Below, piece after piece: positions 45,132-62,489 of a stretch of 64,000 bases of DNA. The notes under the pieces are model-generated. The model saw nothing but the letters and a program-made list of their open reading frames with translations. It did not search any database and was not told the DNA's origin. Each line of letters begins with the position of its first letter. The first letter of the stretch is position 1. The translations under genes and the position numbers were made by a program. This stretch comes from Eledone cirrhosa (Eukaryota): NCBI GenBank assembly GCA_964016885.1, contig OZ024741.1, forward strand, positions 320,416,001 to 320,480,000, in the 5' to 3' direction.

Positions 45132-45227
<96 letters not shown>

Positions 45228-46403
45228 GTATGTATAATTTTATGTGGAGAAACTTATATGACAAACCATATCACTTAGGAATTAATTAGATCGATTATAG
45301 AGTCTAGCAGAAACACCTCCATCAGGTTGGTATTCTCGTTTATGTAATATACATTATATTGTCTTTTCGTTTGTGCCGAACAACATTGTTCTGTATAATG
45401 TAATGTTCCTATGAGAGATGTTTGGAAAATTCAGCTGCTATTTAACATATTTCAATATATGGTAGATTATTTACTAGGTGGCATGAAGATATATGTGGAA
45501 CGTAGAGATGATAATGTATAGTTTTTTTTCTACCAAACCACAGCCTCTGTACTCGTTATTTAACAAATATGTGTGCACTCTGAACATCGAGATGCAGTTT
45601 CATACCTACAACCTTATTAATTCATTGAGTGAGTGAGTCATGGCCGGAGATCGCTAAAATAACATCATTGGCTTTCGTAAACCCTGTATATGTGAATATA
45701 CTAAAGTCAAGAGTATCATCTGAATCTTACTGCGGCGACTCTTTGCCTCCGTCTAGTATATATTTATTGCAAATTCTTCAACGGGATGATATTTTACAAA
45801 ACGATGTTATGCTGACGCCCAACACACAATGAGAACGGTAGGTAATGCATTTTATCTAACCACTACTCTGAAATCTCTTCTCAATTGAACTTGCTGGGTG
45901 TATGATCCCCAGCGGTATACTATTTCGAGTCACATAGGCACAGAACACTTTCCAAATAGGGGAAATACGGAATGCAGTTGTTAGTCGAGTATAGAATTTT
46001 TAGATTTTTATTAATTTTCCACCAACTTTCTGTTTTAATTTACGCAAACTGTCATACACTTGTTTACGTTTAACACAATTTCGAAGGCAAAACATGAATT
46101 ATACCAAGTAAATATGGGGGTACCCAGTTCATTACTGGTACTTTACTTTATTATACCTCGGCGGGATTGACTTTGCCTTTCATCCTTACGGGGTCGATAA
46201 AATAAAGTACCAGTAATGAACTGGTAATTGCTGGCCTTGTGCCTAAGGTAGAAACAATTATTTTAAAATTTGCAGAATCATAAACCCCCATATTTACTTG
46301 GTATAATTCATATGCAAATTTTAAAATAATGATCATAAGTTCAATACCCTTACTTCTAGGCCATGCACCTACAGATTCATTTGCATCTGTACATATGTGT
46401 GTA

Positions 46404-46685
46404 CAGGGCTGGTGCCACCCTATCTGGCATCCTAGGCAAGGTTAGATTCTGCCCCAACCTTCCCCAGAAAAATATCAATTTCAAAATTTCTAAACAATAA
46501 ATTAAAGTTTTAAATTTTCAACATTTATTTGGCTCTGTATGAAATAATCCAGAATAAAAAATGACCCTCAATAAAACTGAAATTTATTTATTTATTTCTC
46601 AAAATTGTTGATTTGGAGAAATGCGCCCCCTGAAATCAGCGCCATAAGCAGTACCTAGTTTGCTTATATAGTAGTGCCGACTCTG
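46404..46685. mobile_element. Short MITE-like element (hAT-like termini)
   Basis: Begins CAGGGCTGGTGCCAC and ends GTAGTGCCGACTCTG (imperfect TIR). Subterminal TAGGCAA / TTGCTTA. Confidence 0.45.
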
Positions 46686-46755
46686 TGTGTGTGTATATAT
46701 ATACGAGAATGCGTGTGTTTGTATACGTGCTTGTATCTATTTGTTTTTGTGTGTA

Positions 46756-48315
46756 TACCGGATGTATCACCAAAATTGTCCAAATTTTAGATTCAACTTC
46801 GAACCTCTGTATCTCATAAATGCTTAAAGATAAATTAATGGAATTTCAGAGCAAGAAAAATGTTGATTACCCTCCAAGCTCACCAGAATTCGTGATGATG
46901 CTGGTCATGGATGAAAATGACATTTTCATAAACAATTAGCCATAGCTCAGGATTGGGAGCTCATAAAAGATTGAAATGAATGTTTGAATGGAAACTTAAA
47001 GTATTATTCCAAAGTGCCAGAGACATCCCTGTCCGAAATCCTAACTGATAGGCATCAAGAGTTGCTCCTCCTTAGGCAATGAGTTCCTCAACCCTCTTTC
47101 TGACTGCACCACAAGCTTTCTTAATGAATTCCTCCTCAATGTCCTCCTCCCATGTCCTACGGATGGGGATTTTGAGGGCTTGCAGGTTACTCGGGGGCTT
47201 CACACAAACTTTTCTGACCAGTTAATTCCAGATGCTAAAGTCTCATAGGTTCAAATCAGGTGATGAAGGGGGTCAAGAGTCCTTTTCCCAAAACCTTCTC
47301 CCATTCTCATCCCTGAGAAATTTTTAAGCCACTGCACTTATGTGATACGTAGCTGCGTCTTGCTGGAATTTAAACTTCAAGTCCTTAGCGATCTTGATCG
47401 GATTTCCCTTGGCTCTTCCCTCAGTATATTTAGAAAGCATCCAGGTCGTACATCTTTCAAAACCTGAACATAAAAAACTTCTGTCAGACTCTCAGCCTTC
47501 TCAAACTTGATCAATTTCATCGTCTTTCCATCAGAGACCACGCAGGCGAAAATCATCAATTTGTCAGGGATTTTGCACCTGAAAATGGCATTTTGTCTCT
47601 CGTGAGGGTCTGAAACCAGAACGCGGCTGTTGCATCTGTTTGTATGCATATCTTGGGTAAAATTGTTCTCATCTGTGTAAAAGATCACTCCAGGATTATG
47701 TTTCACTTTGTTCAATATGCTCTTCGCCCACTTCAACCTTCTAACCTTTTGTCCTGGAGTAACGAGGTGCCTCAGGTCTCACGTACGATTTTATTTTCAA
47801 ACCTTCTGTCACCGCTCTTTCAACAGTCATAGCTGAAACTCATCCCTCACGTGCCAAGTACCTTATGGATTGATTTGGATCTCTTCTTATTGATCTCTTC
47901 AGCTCCAAATTGAAATGATGATCCTTCTTGCGGTTATGACCTCCTGATCCAGTTTTCCTCTCCACTTTTCTCTTTCATAAACTTATTCACAATTCTCTTG
48001 ATGGCTTTTGACTGGACTTTGAAGATGGAATCCAGAGAATGAATGTTGGTATCATTACTAAAGGCCTGGATGATCTTAGCCCGCTCAACACTGCTCAGTT
48101 GGGAAGACATGGTGAGGCTGGCACTAAACTATTTCAGCCTGTTCTCTTTCTAGCTAAATATCTCAATAGGTATTTCACTGATTCTTGCAAAATCTGGTAT
48201 CAGTGTGGCGAGAAGTCTTATATGGAAACACGGAAGATTGCAAATCGATTAGTTTATTGGATTTAAGAAGTTTTAAGAATTTGTGAGCGTGACAATTTTG
48301 CTGTTACACCCGGTA
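46756..48315 (-). mobile_element. Dead Tc1/mariner DNA transposon
   Basis: Imperfect TIRs TACCGGATGTATCACCAAAATTGTC / GACAATTTTGCTGTTACACCCGGTA with TA flanks. Broken transposase with IFYTDE, FQQD and SSPDLN motifs on the minus strand. Confidence 0.88.
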
Positions 48316-49079
48316 TATGTCAGATGAAACAACAAAACCAAATTAAATACTGACAATAGCATAACATAACAACTATCAATGTCAGTATTTTATGAAATGG
48401 CTTAGTGGATTCATTGATAACATTAATATATTTCTTACTTTCTTTCTATTCTACTGACATTCTTCTTCTTCTTCTTCTTCTTCTTCTTCTTCTTCTTCTT
48501 CTTCTTCTTCTTCTTCTTCTTCTTCTTCTTCTTCTTCTTCTTCTTCTTCTTCTTCTTCTTCTTCTTCTTCTGTGTGGTTAGTATCTTTCTTCGATTATTA
48601 TTGTTATTCGAAACCTTAAGTTCTTGATTTACTTCCACAACACACGAAAACAAATGCCATCTAACGTCAGCCAATGGATTGCAACGAAGTCAACAATATA
48701 TGACAGTAAATAGCAGGCCTTTTTCTACCCACAGAGAGAATCTCAAGATATTAAGTTGTTCATAACCAAATATGCATTATTTCTCATTCCTATATAAAGA
48801 CGCCTGAAAATCAAAGTATCAGATGAGTACTTGAGGCAGGACAACACAATTCTTATCCCCTTTAGCCGTCATCTCAAACCATAAATGTTGCCTACGTAAA
48901 CACCCACACATACACACATATTTTACTTTCAGTTTTGATCCTACATCAAACACATTTTCTAATAAGAACACATTATGTTGTGCACACACAACATGTATTT
49001 GCATGAACATTTTTAAATACAGCCTATATTGTTACAATTTCATACATTCATATATATTACTGAATATTATATATCTAAA

Positions 49080-49265
49080 CGGTGAATTGGTAGTATCGGT
49101 AGAGTGTCGGACGCCATGCTTTCCAGCATAGTTACGTTCCTTTACGATCTGAGTTCAAATCCCGTCGAGGTTAACTTTGCCTTTCATCCTTACGGGGGTC
49201 GATAAAATAAAGTACCAGTAATGCACTGCGATAATTGCTGGCCTCGTGTTAAAAGTAGAAACAAT
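49080..49265 (+). mobile_element. tRNA-derived SINE, same family
   Basis: Same head (GTTCAAATCC), core and tail. Confidence 0.85.
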
Positions 49266-49422
49266 TATATATTTAAACGAGGTGATTTCATTTTTGATGC
49301 GTTTTTCCTGCTTTCCACAACTCCTAACCCTACGCCGAAAATACACATGCTCATCCGTTTTCACGCCACCTTCTCTATATAAATTTCAGCGACTTCCGTC
49401 CGTCCGTCATGCAATATGTGTA

Positions 49423-49480
<58 letters not shown>

Positions 49481-50148
49481 TATGTGTGTGTAAAAAGAAG
49501 GAAGAGGATGGTGTAAAGACTATAGCATATCAGCTGCTGGCATTCCGTTTGATATACTGTGTGTAAGTGTATGTGTGTAAATGTATGTGTGTGTACGTTT
49601 GTGTGAATATATCTTTGTGAGTGTGTATTTTTGTAAGTGTGTCTGTGCTTGCCCGTTTATATTTATATTTGTATACTTATACATATAAGTGTAAGATGAT
49701 TACACATATACACACACACACATATATGCATATACTCGTCAGCGTGTTGAAAGAATTCCTAGAGTAAAAAAAAAGATTGCTTTAAAAACATGGAATCGAA
49801 AACAACGCCGAGGATGTACAGAAAAGTGATAGTTAGAGGGTAACTGTAGAGCAAAGCAGATAGAAAAGTCGAGATTGTACCTCTCATATAACAACATTAG
49901 CAGCGACAACGGGCAATTTCAATCATTGTTCAACAAGAACTGTAGATATCGATAATACTTATATACTTCGATATGAAATTTGAATGGAGTATAATAAATG
50001 TCATGAAGGTAGGGTTTAAATATTTGATAGAATTTCAATTGAAAGAGAAATAGATTGAGGTGTATAAAACGTTTTTTATGGGAGCTAAAATGTGTGTGCG
50101 TTTGGTTTTGAGTTTGTAGGTGAGTGTGTGTTCGTGAAGAAGGAGAAA

Positions 50149-50208
<60 letters not shown>

Positions 50209-50297
50209 AAGAAGAAGAAGAAGAAGAAGAAGAAGAAGAAGAAGAAGAAGAAGAACGTGGTGCTTATTTAATATGCATGAATTATCTATATTTGATA

Positions 50298-50478
50298 GGG
50301 CGTTGGATTGGCAGTATCGGTAGAGGGTCGGACGCCATGCTTTGCAGCAAAGAGTTACGGCCCTTTATGGTCTGAGTTGAAATCCCGCCGAGGTTAACTT
50401 TGCCTTTCATCCTTACGGGGTCGATAAAATAAAGTACCAGTAATGTACTGGGGTAATTGCTGGCCTTGTGCCAAAAGT
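50298..50478 (+). mobile_element. tRNA-derived SINE (Meta-domain-like core), near full length
   Basis: A-box-like TGGCAGTATCGG, B-box-like GTTGAAATCC, core GCCTTTCATCCTTACGGGGTCGATAAAATAAAGTACCAG, tail GGCCTTGTGCCAAAAGTAGAAA. Confidence 0.85.
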
Positions 50479-50764
50479 AGAAATAATTATCTATATTTCA
50501 TATACACAAATTAGGTAAACGCGCAGCTATAGTGAAATGCATTAGATATCGTATTTCTATAAACATTGTGATAACTTCTTTTCATCAAAACAAAACAAAC
50601 ATTCACGAAGAATTAAGTTCTTTTAAACAGAATACACTTTAAGAGAGAATAATTCTGGCTTACATGAACTTCTGAACCTAGGAAACACCAAGTATTCTGC
50701 AAGCATACATAATCACACTCAGACTCATACACACACACATACACACCCACACACACATACACAC

Positions 50765-50805
<41 letters not shown>

Positions 50806-51063
50806 AAAGAAAATGTGGTAAGGAACCAGATGGACCATAACGCACCAGAGTACTCAATACTTAGTGTAGTAGAGTGGGAAATAGGAAAAAGTATGACCCC
50901 GACGGCAGAGCTCAAGCCGTCGAAACGGCTTGAGCTCTGCCGTCGGGGTAATGCTTTTTCCTATATACATATAGATATGTGTATCCCGGGTTCAATCGGG
51001 GGGTAACCACAGTAAGTAAGTTACTCAATGCACAGCAGAGTATAAATGTTTAATATGGAAATG

Positions 51064-51112
51064 GATTCTACAGTACTAGAACTGTTTCATTCGAAGGAAA
51101 TCATCAGGAAAG
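51064..51112 (-). ncRNA. Type I hammerhead ribozyme
   Basis: Minus strand TTC-CTGATGA-tTTC cttc GAAt-GAAA-CAG ttctagta CTG-TA-GAA. Confidence 0.65.
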
Positions 51113-51255
51113 CCCAGATTTCCTTCCGACGAAACAGTTCTAGTTCTGTAGAAGACATTTATATATATATAAATACGATATTAACAAATGGAAACTGTAT
51201 TTATAAAACCATATTTATTTCATTATACATATTTCAAGGACACCAAGTTGAGTTG

Positions 51256-51315
<60 letters not shown>

Positions 51316-51645
51316 CAACTCAAATTTGCCAGATATAGCATTACAACCTGAATGCAGCTGAAAGTGATTTCTCAAGTACGTTGTTTGTGTTTGTTATTTG
51401 AGCTAAACAGGATCAGCTTGATAATGATACGTAAGAAATGCTATCAAGTGCAGATTATTGTGTGAATGGACACGGAATATAGGAAAGAGAGTACATGCCG
51501 AAGTCTAACATAATTACGAAGACATCTACTTAACAAATGAATTCAATATGTTTGAGTATGCGTCATCTTACACTTATTTTATGCCACATGTGTCAAATCT
51601 TTATCTTCATATATCCAGATGTGTCGTTTGCCCTTGTTATTTAGA

Positions 51646-51725
<80 letters not shown>

Positions 51726-51877
51726 GGAGGTGAGTTTTATTGTAGTACAATAAAGCAATGCAGATATCGGATAAGAAGCACTCTACAGTTTGTGGGACTG
51801 GAGTATGCATAATATAAGATCAAAAGATGGTTAAAGGAGTTCAATATATTTTATTATGCGTGTGTGTGTGTCTGTGT

Positions 51878-51923
<46 letters not shown>

Positions 51924-52009
51924 CTGTGTATGTGTGTGCGTGTGTGTGTGTCTGTGTGTTTGTGTGTCTGTGTCTGTGTGTATGTGTGTGCGTGTGTATA
52001 TATGTGTAA

Positions 52010-52562
52010 TTATAGTGGAGGAACCTATTATTATTTTTGGTAAGGTCCGTAAGGCTCAATGCACACTTGAGGTTTACGGTGAAGGTATCAGTACATATAT
52101 ATTTAATACTGAATATACCAAGGGTTTTAAATGATATCCATATTGAATCTCAACAATTGTTTCGATACAGATAACAGCCACGTAAATACATGTAAACAAT
52201 GAAGCAAGCTGTTACAATTGATAATTCACATGGTATTAAACTCAAACGCATGTCATCAGGAGTCAGGTACGTGAGAGGTGTAAGTTTGGGGCTAGGTGCT
52301 CTATCATGTTAAAAATTGGGTGTTGAGTTCTAGTCTGTTATTTATTGGTGGGTGAGTTTTCTCTATAATCAGTGCATCTTTAATTCTAAGATTCCCGAGG
52401 TTTCTTTCCTTAGCTTCTATACTAACTATTATGTTTTTGTCGGTGTTTTTGCATTTCACTAGGTGTTACTTAAATGAGGAAGCTTCAGTGTTGATGTGTT
52501 CTTTTATTCTTATGTGAAGTGGTCTGGTGGTGCTACCTATGTAGAAATTGCTGTATTTGTCG
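52010..52562 (-). mobile_element. Penelope-like GIY-YIG 3' fragment and UTR
   Basis: FYIGSTTRPLHIRIKEH, followed by a degenerate EA..I..P.IN region. Hammerhead-like motif at 52148-52266 (minus). Confidence 0.75.
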
Positions 52563-54018
52563 CAATGCAGATGGGTAAATCTCCGGGTAACAGAATCCGG
52601 TGGTGAAGAGAGATGTAAGGGAATGTAGAATGATATGTATAGTGTGTAGAGGAACGTAGGAAAGAGCGTAAACAATAAAAATAATAACACGAGATAGAAT
52701 TACCTTGGGAGACATTTAATTGTCCTTATATTTCGGATTCGCATCCATCAACAGGGGGGTTTTCCCAGTTGATGGATGCGAATCCGAAATATAAGGACAA
52801 TTAAATGTCTCCCAAGGTAATTCTATCTCGTGTTATTATTTTTATTGTTTACGCTCTTTCCTACGTTCCTCTACACACTATACATATCATTCTACATTCC
52901 CTTACATCTCTCTTCAACACCGGATTCTGTTACCCAGAGATTTACCCATCTGCATTGTTGAGGCTTCCAAAACTACAAAAAAAATAAATCATATATATAT
53001 ATATTGATGTTATTCTTCTTTGTCTGCACGCTGGACTGAAGTCCATATTTATTTATTCCTCTTTTTCTAATTCTCTCCACTCTCTATTTTTTCTCCTTTT
53101 GTAAAGCCCTTACACAACGTTCCCTCCCTTTTTGTCAGTTGACGCACATAGATAATTTTTGTCTATATTTGTGTAATTTGGCAAAAGCCCTAAATTGTCT
53201 TGTCTTTGTCTCTACCAGTTTTGTTGCGCGCAATGTGCACTTGAATGAACAGTTTCAACCTTAATATACCGAACCTGTAGTGATGTCCAGAGGTTGACTA
53301 AGGACACAGGATTGTCCCTTTTTCCTTGTTTTTCCATAGCCATTTGTCCTGGGCGCCCTCCAATTTGAATTCATATTCCAAAGACACAGCCATGCAGGCT
53401 GTTTTGAAAAAAAAAAAATATATATTATCATATGTATCTTTGTGTGTGCCTTTGTTTCCAGGTCCTACTGGTCCTTTTCGTCATGTTTTGTTTGACTTAA
53501 ATATCATACACCTATTTCTATGTACGTAAGTCTTTGTTTGATAATCTTTTTGTTTTTATTTTTCATCTTAATACACTAGTGCACTTGCTCTTAAGACGTT
53601 GTAACCGCTGCTGGACAGCATAACGTCTAAATTATGTATGTCTATTTCGGTAGCTTATGGTTGGGGAAATTTTATTTTTTGCCCATAGATAGATATGCTT
53701 CATAATCTGCGATTGTTGTGGATAATTCCAGGATGCTTTCTATGTATATACTTAGGGGTTTGGTTCCATTTGAGGAAGGAATAACAGAAAATTAGAAATG
53801 CACGTTTATATTTATGTATATATATATATAACGAAGGAAATGTGGTACGGAACCAGATGGACCATAACGCAGCAAAGTACTCAATACTTAGGGTAGTAGA
53901 GTGGGTAATAGGAACGAGTAGGACCCCGACGGCTGAGCTCAAGCCGTTTCGATGGCTAATTCAGTCCAGAATTAGCCGTCGAAACGGCTTGAGCTCAGCC
54001 GTCGGGGTCCTACTCGTT

Positions 54019-54070
<52 letters not shown>

Positions 54071-54108
54071 AATACACACACATATACATAAAGAATAATG
54101 TGTATATG

Positions 54109-54147
<39 letters not shown>

Positions 54148-54429
54148 TTATTTATTTATCTATCTTTCTCAAATGACAGCTCCATATTTCACAAATATCT
54201 GTCTCTATCACTATTTCTTCCTCAATGTCTCTCTCCCGCTCTCTCTCTCTTTCTTTCGTTCTTTCTTTCTCTCTCTCTCTCTCTCTCTTTCGCCGTTTTT
54301 CTCTCGTATTATCCCGCGTACACTCCAACGCATTCAAATTCTCTCACACTATCAGACATACACACAGTCATACACATTTGTACAAGCCCATCATATTTCA
54401 AATAGCTGATTCAAGTTTAAGTGGACTCA

Positions 54430-54554
54430 ACAACAACACAACAAAAACATCACCAACAACAACTACTACTACTACTACTACAACCACCACCACCACTACT
54501 ACTACTTCTACTAGTATTACTACTACTACTACAACTACCACACCACTACCACCT

Positions 54555-54588
<34 letters not shown>

Positions 54589-55915
54589 CACCACCACTAC
54601 TACTACTACTATACTACTACTACAACATAAATTGAATATAAACAAGAACAACACACCATCACCAATAACAATAACATTAACTGCAGCTACATGTCAATTT
54701 TGGTAAAACATGTCAAAAGGAATGGTTTCTTATATAGGCACAGGGTCAGCAATTTTTGGGGAAGGAGAAAGTCGATTAAATCGAACCCAGTGCGTGACAG
54801 GTACTTTATTTTATCGACCCTGTAAGGATGAAAGGCAAAGTTAACCTCGGCGGGATTTGAACTGAGACCGTAAAGGACCGTAACTCTATGCTGCAAAGCA
54901 TGGTGTCCAACCCTCTACCGATACTGCCAATCCTCCGCACTCTAAAAATGTCAAAAAGAATAACGGCAACAATCCAGCAACAGCGAGAAAACAATACCAC
55001 CACCACGAACACCACGATCACCATCCATCATCAACACCATCACCACCACTACTACCACCACGATCATTACCACCATTACCACCACCACCACCACCACCAC
55101 TACTACTACTAACACAACTACCATCACCACCATTACCACGGCCACCACCACCACCAACAACATGACCCCCACCCCCACCACCACAATCATCATCACCACC
55201 ACCACTATCACCGCCACCACCATCGCCATCTTCATCACCACCATCAGCATCACAATCACCACCATCACCTTCATCAACATCATCAACACCACCACCACCA
55301 GCACCACCACCAGCACCATTACCATCACCATCATCAACGCCATCACCACCACTACCACCACCACCACCATCACCATCATCACCACTACCTCCATCACCAC
55401 CATCACCATCACCATCACCATCACCACCACTACCACCACCGCCATCAACATCACCACCACTACCTCCACCACCACCATCACCATCACCACCACTACCACC
55501 ACCACCGTTACCACCACCACCATCACCACCACCATCACCATCACCCCACTACCACCACCACCATCATCAACCCCATCACCACCACCACCACTACCACTAC
55601 CACCACCACCACCACTACCACCGCCACCACCACCACCACCAACAATAACAATGGGAGCAACGTCGAACACCAGAAAATCAATATCATTAACCCCAAATGA
55701 TAATAATCAATAACATCAAAAATAGTATCGTCTTCATCATCACTCACCAAACAGGACAGAAGAAGAAGAAGAAGAAGAAGAAGAAGAAGAAGAAGAAGAA
55801 GAAGAAGAAGAAGAAGAAAAAGAAGAAAAAGAAAAAGAAGAAGAAGAAAAAAAAAGAAAAAAAAAGAAGAAGAAGAAGAAGAAGAAGAAGAAGAACAACA
55901 ACAACAACAACAATG
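54430..55915. repeat. Compound trinucleotide microsatellite field (CAC/CAT/TAC/AAG); representative of dozens of (TA)n, (CA)n, (GA)n, (TAG)n, (AAG)n tracts in the window
   Basis: Directly visible. Confidence 0.95.
54721..54936 (-). mobile_element. SINE, same family (long variant)
   Basis: Reverse complement of a full element. Confidence 0.8.
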
Positions 55916-56480
55916 ATTTCTAGTATAGACACAAGGCCAGTAATTTTGGGGGAGAGGAAAGTCGATTAAATCGACCCCAGCTCGTGACTGGTACTTTATT
56001 TTATCGACCCCGTAAGGATGAAAGGCAAAGTTAACCTCGGCGGGATTTGAACTCAGATCGTAAAGGGCCGTAACACTATGCTGCAAACCATGTTATCCGG
56101 TGCTCTACCGATGCTGCTAATCCACAAAAATAACTGTTTTTACTTTTGGCACAAAGCCAGCAATTATCCCAGTACATTACTGGTACTTTATTTTATCAAC
56201 CCCATCAGGATGAAAGGCGAAGTTAACCTCGATGGGATTTGAACGCAGAATGTAAAGGACCGTAACTCTATTCTGCAAAGCATGGCCCACAATAATAACG
56301 ATTTCTAGTATAGGCACAAGGCCAGTAATTTGGGGGGAGGGGAAAGTCGATTAAATTGACCCCAGTGCGTGACTGGTACTTTATTTTATCAACCCCGAAG
56401 AATGAATGACAAAGTTAACCTCGGCGGTATTTGAACTGAGAATGTAAAGGGCTATAACTCTATTCTGCAAAGCATGGCCC
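55914..56480 (-). mobile_element. Three head-to-tail SINE copies
   Basis: Cores at ~55990, ~56180 and ~56375. The last two end at the same GCAAAGCATGGCCCACAA junction. Confidence 0.8.
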
Positions 56481-56639
56481 ACAACAATAACGACAGCAAT
56501 TCTTATTGTTGCTGCTCTTGATGATTCTTTAACAAAACGACATGGACATAAAAAAAGGGGAAAATCAGAGGCAGAGCAAAAGATAGAAGTTTAAAAGGAA
56601 TAAAATATGATTATATGATTATGAATAAAAGATGCGGAA

Positions 56640-56714
<75 letters not shown>

Positions 56715-56745
56715 CAGCAGCAGCAGCAGCAGTAGCAGCAGCAGC

Positions 56746-56792
<47 letters not shown>

Positions 56793-56820
56793 CAACCGTA
56801 ATAGTAGTAGTAGTAGCAGG

Positions 56821-56861
<41 letters not shown>

Positions 56862-57599
56862 TAGTAGTTGTAGAGAAAAAGTAACTGTCGTATTAAACAT
56901 TTTTAAAAGTATAAACATCGAAAATAACATAATATTTGAAATAGTAAAATTCATAAAGTCAGTACACAACGTTCCTGTGTTGCTTGCTACCATTGAACTA
57001 GCTGACTTGAGTAAGATAGTTTAACAAATTTAGATATTTCTACAGTGTTGAATGAGGGTGTTTATTTATTTATTTATTTTTATTATTAATGTATCTTGGA
57101 TCATTTCTGCCACTTCTAATCATTTAACCACCATTGAAGCAGAAAATATATATGAGATTATACTCTAACTTTGGAGATGAAACATTTTTTTAAATATTCA
57201 CATCCGCACTATGTTTTGACCGGTTTGATATTTGATAATCATCATCATTAAACATCTTATTCGTTGCTGATGTGTACAAAATATCCCGCCAGGTTCAATC
57301 TATCTCATTTTTCATCTCAGTCCGTCTGTTGATTTATATATTTTTTACACTAAATATAACCTGAAATATATTTATTTGTCAATGATCAAAAATGTAAAAG
57401 AAAGAGAAGGAAGTAGCGAAAAATAGAAATAAAGAAGAAATTAAGAAATAGGAAAGGGAAGGGGGAGGTAGCCACAAAACTGTGCAGAGCGGTGTGTTTC
57501 AGTTGCTCCACGCTGACGAAATAGCGAAGTCATTGCCTCTCAAGAAGGGGTAGCGATATCTGCTACAACAGCCACCCTTAATTAACAAAATGTGGTCTC

Positions 57600-58810
57600 T
57601 CTGAATTATAAGTTCGTATTTACAACATACGATAGTTGTTGATGAAATCAACCCTGAAAACCAATGTGGTTTCCGCACCCGTCGTGGTACAATTGACATG
57701 ATCTCCCTTCGTTAGGTTTCAGAGAAGCTTCGTCAAAAGTAGTAGGAACTTTTTATGGTTTTTGTCGACTTGACCAACTCCTTTCACACTGTCAATCGCA
57801 AAGTTTGCTAGAAAATCCTCAAAAGCTTGACATACCTAACAATAAGCTGAATGTCGTATATTTTCATTTGGTCATTAAAGCATCAATTATGTCAAATAGC
57901 GAAAGCTCTGAACCCTGTGAGGTCACAAAAGATACGAAGCAGTGATGTGTCAAGGCTCCTGCTCTCTTTGCTTTGCTACATTATGCATTTGGTGACTTCA
58001 AATTCTGTAAATCGGGAAAGCTATTCAACCACCAGCTCTTTAAGGCTTGAACAACAAATGTTATTCAGGATTTAGTGTTTACTGATGATGATGCACTGCT
58101 GCAACATCTCTCGAAGAGGCCCAAATATTCACGAACCGCGTCTCACTTACATCGAAGGCGTCTGGTTTAACAAACCAGACGCCTTCGATGTAAGTGAGAC
58201 GCCTTAAGAAAACTGATGGCAAGGCTCTGACGTATGTGAATTCTTTACTTACTTTGGCATCAAGGTGAACCACTCCGCTTCGCCAGATAATGAAATCGAC
58301 AATAGCATCTCCAATACAGCTGACGTTTTCTGTCATACCAGCTCATCGTCTCTGGAGTGTCATAGTTATATCCCTGAAGACGAAAGTTGCAGTGTATCGT
58401 GAAATGATACTAACAACACTCTTACACGGCTCAGAGTCATGGACACTTTATCGCACCTACATTTATAAGCTTAATGTCTTTCATACTATCTTTCGTTATG
58501 CACTTTCTGACAGAGTCTCCAATACTGATTTGTTCACTGGGTGCCGCATTGGCAGGATTGAGTCATTTCTGATACAATCCCAACTTAGATGTTCTGGTCA
58601 TATCTTACAGATAACTAAGGGCTGCACACCCAAAGTATGCTTATTCAGTTAGTTTCATGATGGTGCACGTAATGTAGTCAGATCATTACTCAGATATAAA
58701 AACAACCTGAGGTACAATCTTAAATCTGTTAATATACCTCTTACTTCATCTGAAGACATAGCTGCTGACCGTAGATAATGGAGATCTGTCAGCTACAAAG
58801 AACTTTGAAA
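57600..58810 (+). pseudogene. Highly degenerate RTE LINE RT fragment
   Basis: PENQCGFRTRRGTIDMI, FVDLT, TLLHGSESWTLY, QLRCSGH in broken frames. Confidence 0.8.
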
Positions 58811-59061
58811 CATCTTGTCTGATCTATCTTCGAGATCTAATAACTAACACAGAGATACGATCAAATCTTCCATCTTGCTCCGCTCAAAGTCCTGTCATTT
58901 GCATTAAATGAAACTTGATATCTAAATCAACATCTAGACTCAAGTGTCATTTAAGGATTAACCAAAATGAACTGAAAAGACTATTGAAGCCGCATACGTC
59001 GAAATACAGCTATATGTGTATATATACAAAGATATGTGCATATATAATATACAAAGATATG

Positions 59062-62078
<3,017 letters not shown>

Positions 62079-62410
62079 TATATATATATATATATATTAA
62101 GGACATGATTTATGATATATTGCTCTGATTATTTAATTTATTAATTCTTCATTGAGCCACATCGTGAACGGTTGCCACATATATATCTGTGACTTTATGT
62201 ATATGTAAATCTTTATATTTACTAATCTCCCGTTGGGTTGAGATGCAATTTGGGCGATATTGGGCGGCGCTTTCTAGCAACCAGCCTACTCGCAGTAAGC
62301 AAAAAATCACATTCTTTCTAACTTGACCACTGCCACGTCACGATTCTTAGCCATTTTTTAAATCTATTTCTGGCGGGATCGCTTTGGAAAATTAACTGTC
62401 CTATTGAGTT

Positions 62411-62489
62411 TGTCTCCTGATGAGTTCAATACTCGAGATTTATCCTTAATAGGATATCTCAAAATACGAACGAAACCATGGTAGGGATA
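62411..62489 (+). ncRNA. Type I minimal hammerhead ribozyme
   Basis: TGTCTC-CTGATGA-GTTC..GAAC-GAAA-CCATGG-TA-GGGATA. Stems I and II pair, stem III is the palindrome ACCATGGT, cleavage triplet GUA. Confidence 0.85.
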
